The notes below the pieces were generated by a model. It did not search any database and was not told where the DNA came from. It saw only the letters and a program-made list of their open reading frames with translations. From an uncultured Candidatus Saccharimonas sp. (GTDB lineage: Bacteria; Patescibacteriota; Saccharimonadia; Saccharimonadales; Saccharimonadaceae), in NCBI GenBank assembly GCA_963528875.1, contig CAURWT010000003.1:60001-92000 (forward strand): a stretch of DNA of 32,000 bases. Reading direction: 5' to 3'. A program made the position numbers and the translations under genes. This document shows, in pieces, positions 27,476 to 32,000 of this stretch; within the stretch, counting starts at the first letter, position 1, and each line of letters opens with the position of its first letter.

Positions 27476-28192
27476 ATGTTATATGAAGTTCTTTTTAAAG
27501 AGGAAAGCGAAGATTATTTGCGTCTCCGTCCATTAGTATCAGACACTCGGAGAGCGTTAAAAGCAATCAGTGATTGTGATATTGAAGAGTTACAGAATGT
27601 TTTATATATCGCAGAAAATTTTCATAGCAATAATAAGTATGATAAAGACTATGAAATTATGCGAGATAAGCTGCAGAGAATTTTGGATTTTATAAAAAAA
27701 TTTAATGAACACTTCAATAGAAGTGTTGATAAAAATTCTCTGAAGATTCTGGAATATAAAGAATCTGCCATTGTTGAAAATATCATCAGCTTAATCACGC
27801 AAGATGATCAGCTTGGATTTGAAGAGGCTGTGGTAATTCTCCAATCATTAAAGCCTATTGTTGATAGGCTAGTTATTAGAAGTGAAGAGCCAATGGCCAA
27901 TATTTATTCCACAGGATTGGATATCTGTGAAAGATATAATACCTATGGTATGAATTTTGCGATTATTATCAGTAGCAATTGCAAATGGTCTATCGAGTAT
28001 TTTATAAGAGGATGTAATCCTCGTCTTGACAACATAGTTAAAAATGGTATTTCTTCGATTTTACGTTCGAAGAAAGAAATAAAAAAACTCGATAATGGGT
28101 TAAAGAAAGATATAAAACTAGCCTATAAAGCTCTTGTTGAAAAAAAATATAGGTTTAGTCTAGTCGAGAGATACCGTGCTTTGTTTTTATAA
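27476..28192 (+). CDS. Hypothetical soluble protein (238 aa), predicted all-helical, no recognisable family
   Basis: Perfect GGAGG SD and its own promoter. The upstream part of the annotated ORF (27365-27475) spans the terminator and promoter, so ATG 27476 is preferred. Very low GC in places (about 20% in one 60-nt spot count). Confidence 0.65.
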   Translation: MLYEVLFKEESEDYLRLRPLVSDTRRALKAISDCDIEELQNVLYIAENFHSNNKYDKDYEIMRDKLQRILDFIKKFNEHFNRSVDKNSLKILEYKESAIVENIISLITQDDQLGFEEAVVILQSLKPIVDRLVIRSEEPMANIYSTGLDICERYNTYGMNFAIIISSNCKWSIEYFIRGCNPRLDNIVKNGISSILRSKKEIKKLDNGLKKDIKLAYKALVEKKYRFSLVERYRALFL

Positions 28193-28195
28193 TCT

Positions 28196-28219
28196 AGAGT
28201 CCCTTCGGGCTCTTTTTTA
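28196..28219 (+). terminator. Rho-independent terminator after the unknown two-gene cassette
   Basis: GC-rich hairpin GAG(T)CCC-ttcg-GGGCTC-like stem followed by TTTTTT. Confidence 0.65.
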
Positions 28220-28220
28220 T

Positions 28221-28249
28221 TTGACTTTAAACTTGAAATTTGATAAAAT
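28221..28249 (+). promoter_or_regulatory. Promoter for rnj: TTGACT, 17 nt spacer, TGaTAAAAT
   Basis: TTGACT at 28221-28226, TG at 28241-28242, TAAAAT at 28244-28249. A leader of about 70 nt follows. Confidence 0.65.
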
Positions 28250-28270
28250 AAGAATACTAAAATATTACTT

Positions 28271-28306
28271 GTTCGAAAAATCCGACCTAAAAATAACTTT
28301 TCGAAC
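28271..28306 (+). promoter_or_regulatory. 9-bp perfect inverted repeat (stem-loop) in the rnj 5' leader
   Basis: GTTCGAAAA (28271-28279), 18 nt, TTTTCGAAC (28298-28306). Each arm contains a TTCGAA hexamer. Confidence 0.5.
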
Positions 28307-28326
28307 GCTTTAATTTAAGGAGAAAA

Positions 28327-30402
28327 ATGACTGATAATTTTAATGAGAAGCAGGCTCGGAAGCGTGCTAACTTGCAGAAAAAAGCTCAAGATTTGCAAAA
28401 AAATCGAGATAAATATGTTGGGAATGCTAAAAAAGAAAGTAGCGAGAAGAACGCAAAAATCGCTCAAAAAGCTAAGAATATTTCAAAGCAAACTCGAGTT
28501 CAAAAATCTGACGCTAAAAAGGTGAATTTGCCAACAACAACGCGTCGTGGTGCGGTTGTGCGAGCTCAACGAATGATTTCGAATGATATCAATATGCGCG
28601 CAACTCAGCACATTGTTAATATTCCTGTTAATAAATCACTTTTTAACGGTTTTAATGGCGAACAGTTAACAGCTTCGAAATTGAAAAAACTTCGCCCAGA
28701 AAAGGATAGTGTGCGAGTAATTCCGCTCGGTGGCTTGGGTGAATTTGGAATTGGTAAAAATATGTTCGCAATTGAATATATGGATGAAATTTTAGTGATT
28801 GATATGGGCTCTATTTTTCCAAATGAAGACTATCCTGGTGTGAATTTCATGACACCAGATATCACTTATCTAAAAGATAATATGCATAAAGTTAAGGCTG
28901 TTGCATTTACACACGCTCACCTTGATCATATTGGTGCTGTCCGCCAGCTTTTACCTGAATTTGGAAATAATATTCCAATTTATGCAACCGATTTCACGAT
29001 TGGAATGATTAAACGCCAGATGGAAGAGGCGGTTGTTGAAGTTTCGCCAAATTATCAAATTGTTGATCCATTTAAGCATGAGCAAATTAGAATTTCGAAA
29101 TATATGACGCTTGAATTTGTGCATGTTTTGCACTCGATTCCTGGCTGTGTAGCAATGGTTATTCGTACACCAAATGGGAATATTGTTCATATGGGTGACT
29201 GGCGTTTCGAAAACGATCCTGTTGATACTCAATTCGATCTCCCACGACTTGCTGAAATTGCACAAACCGAAGGTGTTGATTTGTTGATGAATGAAAGTAC
29301 GAATATTGATACACCAGGAACGCACCCACACAGTGAATATTCAATTGGTGAAAGTGTTGGTGAAGTGATGACAGCGTATCCGCATGCACGATTGATTTTT
29401 TCTTGTTTTTCAAGCCAGATTTACCGCCTACAATTAATTTTAGATGAAGCAGTAAAACATGACCGTAAGGTTGCGTTTGCTGGATTCTCAATGATTAATG
29501 CGATTGAAATTGCGTTAAGATCGCGAAAAATTAAAGTTCCAAAAGATGTTATTGTAAAAATGGAAGATATCGTGAAGCTTGATGATTCGAAAGTCACAAT
29601 TGTCTGCACTGGCTCTCAGGGTGAATTAAACGCTGTTTTGAATCGAATGGCGACTGGCGCTCACCGATTTGTTAAAATTAAAGCAACAGATGTTGTGATA
29701 TTTTCTTCGAGTCCGATTCCGGGAAATGAGCCACGTGTGGCTTCGACTGTTGACGGGCTCTTGCGGGAAGGTGCTGGTGTAATTCAGCACGGTCGCGGTC
29801 ATTATCATGGCATTGGTCCACTCCATCTTTCAGGGCATGCTTACTACGATGACCACGTTCGATTGGTAGAAACTATTCGCCCAAGAAATTACCTCCCAGT
29901 TCATGGTGAATTTTACATGCTTCAACATAATGCTGAAATGGCGCAGAAAGTTCTTGGGTTAAAACGAGAAGAGATTCTTGTTGCTGACAGCGGTGATATC
30001 ATCGAGCTTACAAAAGAAAAGAAAATTAAAAAAGGTGGTCGTGTTCATGTTGGTTCAATTCTTTATGATAACACTGGAAATACGGTTCATGATGCTGTTG
30101 TGAAAGACCGCTTGCATATTTCAACTGAAGGTATTTTCATTATCGTGCTGACAATTAGCAAGAAAACTGGCCGACTTCTTAAAACGCCGGATGTAATTTC
30201 GCGTGGATTTGTCTATCTAAAAGATAGTGAAGAATTGATTGGTAAAATTCGTCATTATTTGCGAATTAAAATCGACCGCGAAGTTGAACGAAAAGTTGAA
30301 ATTGCTGACATGAAACAAGAAATCAAAGATGATATTTCTCACCTATTGTTTGATTCGACTGGTCATACGCCAATTGTTATTCCTGTTGTAAATAAAGTTT
30401 AA
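28327..30402 (+). CDS. rnj: Ribonuclease J (beta-CASP metallo-beta-lactamase RNase) with a ~125-aa lysine-rich N-terminal extension
   Basis: Canonical start-like VRVIPLGGLGEFGIGKNM at about residue 128, the HAHLDHIG motif, beta-CASP and C-terminal domains, and an AAGGAG SD. Confidence 0.92.
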   Translation: MTDNFNEKQARKRANLQKKAQDLQKNRDKYVGNAKKESSEKNAKIAQKAKNISKQTRVQKSDAKKVNLPTTTRRGAVVRAQRMISNDINMRATQHIVNIPVNKSLFNGFNGEQLTASKLKKLRPEKDSVRVIPLGGLGEFGIGKNMFAIEYMDEILVIDMGSIFPNEDYPGVNFMTPDITYLKDNMHKVKAVAFTHAHLDHIGAVRQLLPEFGNNIPIYATDFTIGMIKRQMEEAVVEVSPNYQIVDPFKHEQIRISKYMTLEFVHVLHSIPGCVAMVIRTPNGNIVHMGDWRFENDPVDTQFDLPRLAEIAQTEGVDLLMNESTNIDTPGTHPHSEYSIGESVGEVMTAYPHARLIFSCFSSQIYRLQLILDEAVKHDRKVAFAGFSMINAIEIALRSRKIKVPKDVIVKMEDIVKLDDSKVTIVCTGSQGELNAVLNRMATGAHRFVKIKATDVVIFSSSPIPGNEPRVASTVDGLLREGAGVIQHGRGHYHGIGPLHLSGHAYYDDHVRLVETIRPRNYLPVHGEFYMLQHNAEMAQKVLGLKREEILVADSGDIIELTKEKKIKKGGRVHVGSILYDNTGNTVHDAVVKDRLHISTEGIFIIVLTISKKTGRLLKTPDVISRGFVYLKDSEELIGKIRHYLRIKIDREVERKVEIADMKQEIKDDISHLLFDSTGHTPIVIPVVNKV

Positions 30403-30411
30403 TCTGTTTCG

Positions 30412-30440
30412 AAAATCGCTCAAAACGGGCGATTTTTTAT
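30412..30440 (+). terminator. Rho-independent terminator after rnj
   Basis: Hairpin AAATCGC-9 nt-GCGATTT followed by a T-run. Confidence 0.65.
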
Positions 30441-30452
30441 TATTAACAAAAA

Positions 30453-30481
30453 TTGAAAAAAACTCCAAAAGATGCTAAAAT
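30453..30481 (+). promoter_or_regulatory. Promoter for recG: TTGAAA, 17 nt spacer, TGcTAAAAT, placed 6 nt from the ATG (leaderless layout)
   Basis: TTGAAA at 30453-30458, TG at 30473-30474, TAAAAT at 30476-30481, ATG at 30488. No SD. Confidence 0.6.
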
Positions 30482-30487
30482 TTAGTA

Positions 30488-32000
30488 ATGAATTTAAATT
30501 CTTCGTTAGGTTTAGTAAAGGGCGTTGGTGAAAAAACGCTCGAGAAACTCGAAAGTGTTAATTTGCGAACTGTTGGTGATATTTTGGAGTTTTTTCCGCG
30601 AAAATATGAGGATTTCGCAAGCTTAACCAGTCTGAGCGAAATTAAGCCGGGGAAGGTTCTTTTTAAAGCTTATGCCGAAAAAGTTTCGATGCGTCGAGTT
30701 CGGCGTGGAATGACAATAACCGAGGCGATTTTAACTGATGGAAAAGAGAAAATTAAAGCAATTTGGTTTAACCAGCCGTATCGCGTAAAACAGCTTCAGG
30801 ATGAAGAAGAATTTTTCTTTTCGGGAAAATATGAATTTAACTATAATCGTTATCAAATTACGAATCCGAGTTTAATGAAGCGTGAAGAATTGCCAAAAAA
30901 TCAAAATTTTTCAGGTAAAGATGGCGAAATTGTACCGATTTATCCGCAAAAAAAAGGTTTAAAAACTGAAACAATTCGAAAGATTTTAACAGAATTAAAA
31001 CCAATGATGAAGATTCTGCCTGAAACTTTGCCTGAAATTATTGTTCGAAAAGAAAAACTGATTTCACACGCACAAGCAATTGAATGGGCACATTTTCCTG
31101 GTTCGCCAGAAGAATTTAATTTGGCACTTGAACGGCTTGCTTTTGATGAAATTTTTGAATTAATTTTGGCCGCAAAATTAAATAAAATTGAGAATGAGCA
31201 ACTTCGTGGATACAATATCGAGCCAAAAATTCAAGATGTGAGGCAATTTGTTGAAAAGCTACCTTTTAATTTGACGCAATCGCAAAGGCTTGCTTCTTGG
31301 GAGATTATGCAAAATATGAGTCAGGATTTTCCGATGAATCGACTTTTGCAGGGCGATGTTGGCTCTGGAAAGACGACCGTGGCGGCAATTGCGGCATTGA
31401 ATGCGGTAAAAAATGGTTATCAAGTGGCAGTTTTTGCGCCAACTGAAATTCTTGCACAGCAATTGGCTGAGAATTTTTCAAAAACTTTGGCTTGGAGCGA
31501 TATTTCGATTGGCTTTCTTTCAGGAAAGGTAAAAGGAAAGGCTCGTAAAACACTTTTCGAAAATCTAAAAAATGGTAATCTTGATATTTTGGTCGGTACG
31601 AGTGCGATTATTCAAGAAAAAGTGGAATTTTCGAATCTTGGTTTAGTGATTATTGATGAACAGCATCGTTTCGGTGTTGCTCAAAGGCAAAAAATTCTTG
31701 AAAAATCTCACCAAAAAATGCCACATTTACTTGCAATGACTGCTACGCCAATTCCAAGGTCGTTGCAATTAACACTTTTTGGTGATTTGAGTATTTCAAT
31801 ATTGAAAGAAAAGCCTGAAGGGAGAAGGCCAGTTCAGACTGAAATCATTTCACCAGCTTCTCGTGCACCGATGAACGCAAGGATTAAAACTGAAATTTCG
31901 AATGGACGGCAAGTTTTTGTAATTGTTCCGGCAATTCAAGAAGGAAAAAACGAGGAAATTAAAAGTGTTGAGGCGGAATTTAAACGATTGAAACGTGATT
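30488..32000 (+). CDS. recG: ATP-dependent DNA helicase RecG, N-terminal ~504 aa (3' end lies outside the window)
   Basis: The frame is open from ATG 30488 to the window end, so it is absent from the ORF track for lack of a stop. Motifs: LVKGVGEKTLEKL, a wedge/OB region, Walker A QGDVGSGKT, DEQH box VIIDEQHRFG, and MTATPIPRSL. Confidence 0.9.
   Translation, partial: MNLNSSLGLVKGVGEKTLEKLESVNLRTVGDILEFFPRKYEDFASLTSLSEIKPGKVLFKAYAEKVSMRRVRRGMTITEAILTDGKEKIKAIWFNQPYRVKQLQDEEEFFFSGKYEFNYNRYQITNPSLMKREELPKNQNFSGKDGEIVPIYPQKKGLKTETIRKILTELKPMMKILPETLPEIIVRKEKLISHAQAIEWAHFPGSPEEFNLALERLAFDEIFELILAAKLNKIENEQLRGYNIEPKIQDVRQFVEKLPFNLTQSQRLASWEIMQNMSQDFPMNRLLQGDVGSGKTTVAAIAALNAVKNGYQVAVFAPTEILAQQLAENFSKTLAWSDISIGFLSGKVKGKARKTLFENLKNGNLDILVGTSAIIQEKVEFSNLGLVIIDEQHRFGVAQRQKILEKSHQKMPHLLAMTATPIPRSLQLTLFGDLSISILKEKPEGRRPVQTEIISPASRAPMNARIKTEISNGRQVFVIVPAIQEGKNEEIKSVEAEFKRLKRD

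Noticed and set aside
16554-30423. Identical 13-mer GAAAATCGCTCAA in two terminators (16554-16566 and 30411-30423)
   Set aside because: It may hint at a shared terminator family, but the downstream halves differ. The match is short and partly explained by the TTCGAA/AT-rich context, so it is not enough to call a repeat element.
30940-31553. Three minus-strand ORFs (30940-31215, 31259-31462, 31305-31553)
   Set aside because: They lie antisense to the recG reading frame, which is open to the window end and is missing from the ORF track only because it lacks a stop. recG motifs (GSGKT, DEQH) confirm that the plus-strand frame is real.

Overview
AT-rich window (about 35-43% GC in core genes by spot counts of 60-nt stretches). 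It is very densely packed and almost entirely housekeeping genes, mostly on the + strand. Order: radA (3' end), PIN/TRAM yacL-like, ppa, one orphan minus-strand gene, a short Rel/SpoT homologue, and a gap-rpiB-rpe-pfkB-hyp-LOG-like operon. Then an orphan type IV pilin, uvrB, gatC-gatA-X-gatB-Y, a DUF948/YtxH-like pair, tyrS (-), a class A PBP, a phosphohexomutase and M1 aminopeptidase pepN. The window ends with a COG0523 GTPase (-), two unknown genes, RNase J and recG (5' part). Gene content and style point to a Patescibacteria/CPR-like organism, possibly Saccharibacteria-like: reduced metabolism, lysine-rich tails on core proteins, a T4 pilin and tiny intergenic regions. This placement is inference only. 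I saw no rRNA, tRNA, CRISPR array, transposase or integrase. The things most worth a second look are listed here. (1) A low-GC two-gene cassette of unknown function at 26.5-28.2 kb; each gene has its own extended -10 promoter, and the first promoter is bracketed by palindromes. (2) A membrane-anchored ORF with a HEPN-like RNxxxH motif, translationally coupled between gatA and gatB. (3) A roughly 9-fold, frame-independent over-representation of the palindrome TTCGAA across the whole window. (4) A stereotyped promoter architecture placed 6-10 nt from start codons, implying leaderless mRNAs for at least six genes. (5) A sugar-phosphate operon ending in a high-GC LOG/TIGR00725-like gene. (6) An orphan low-GC gene divergent from rel that shares a symmetric promoter palindrome with it.
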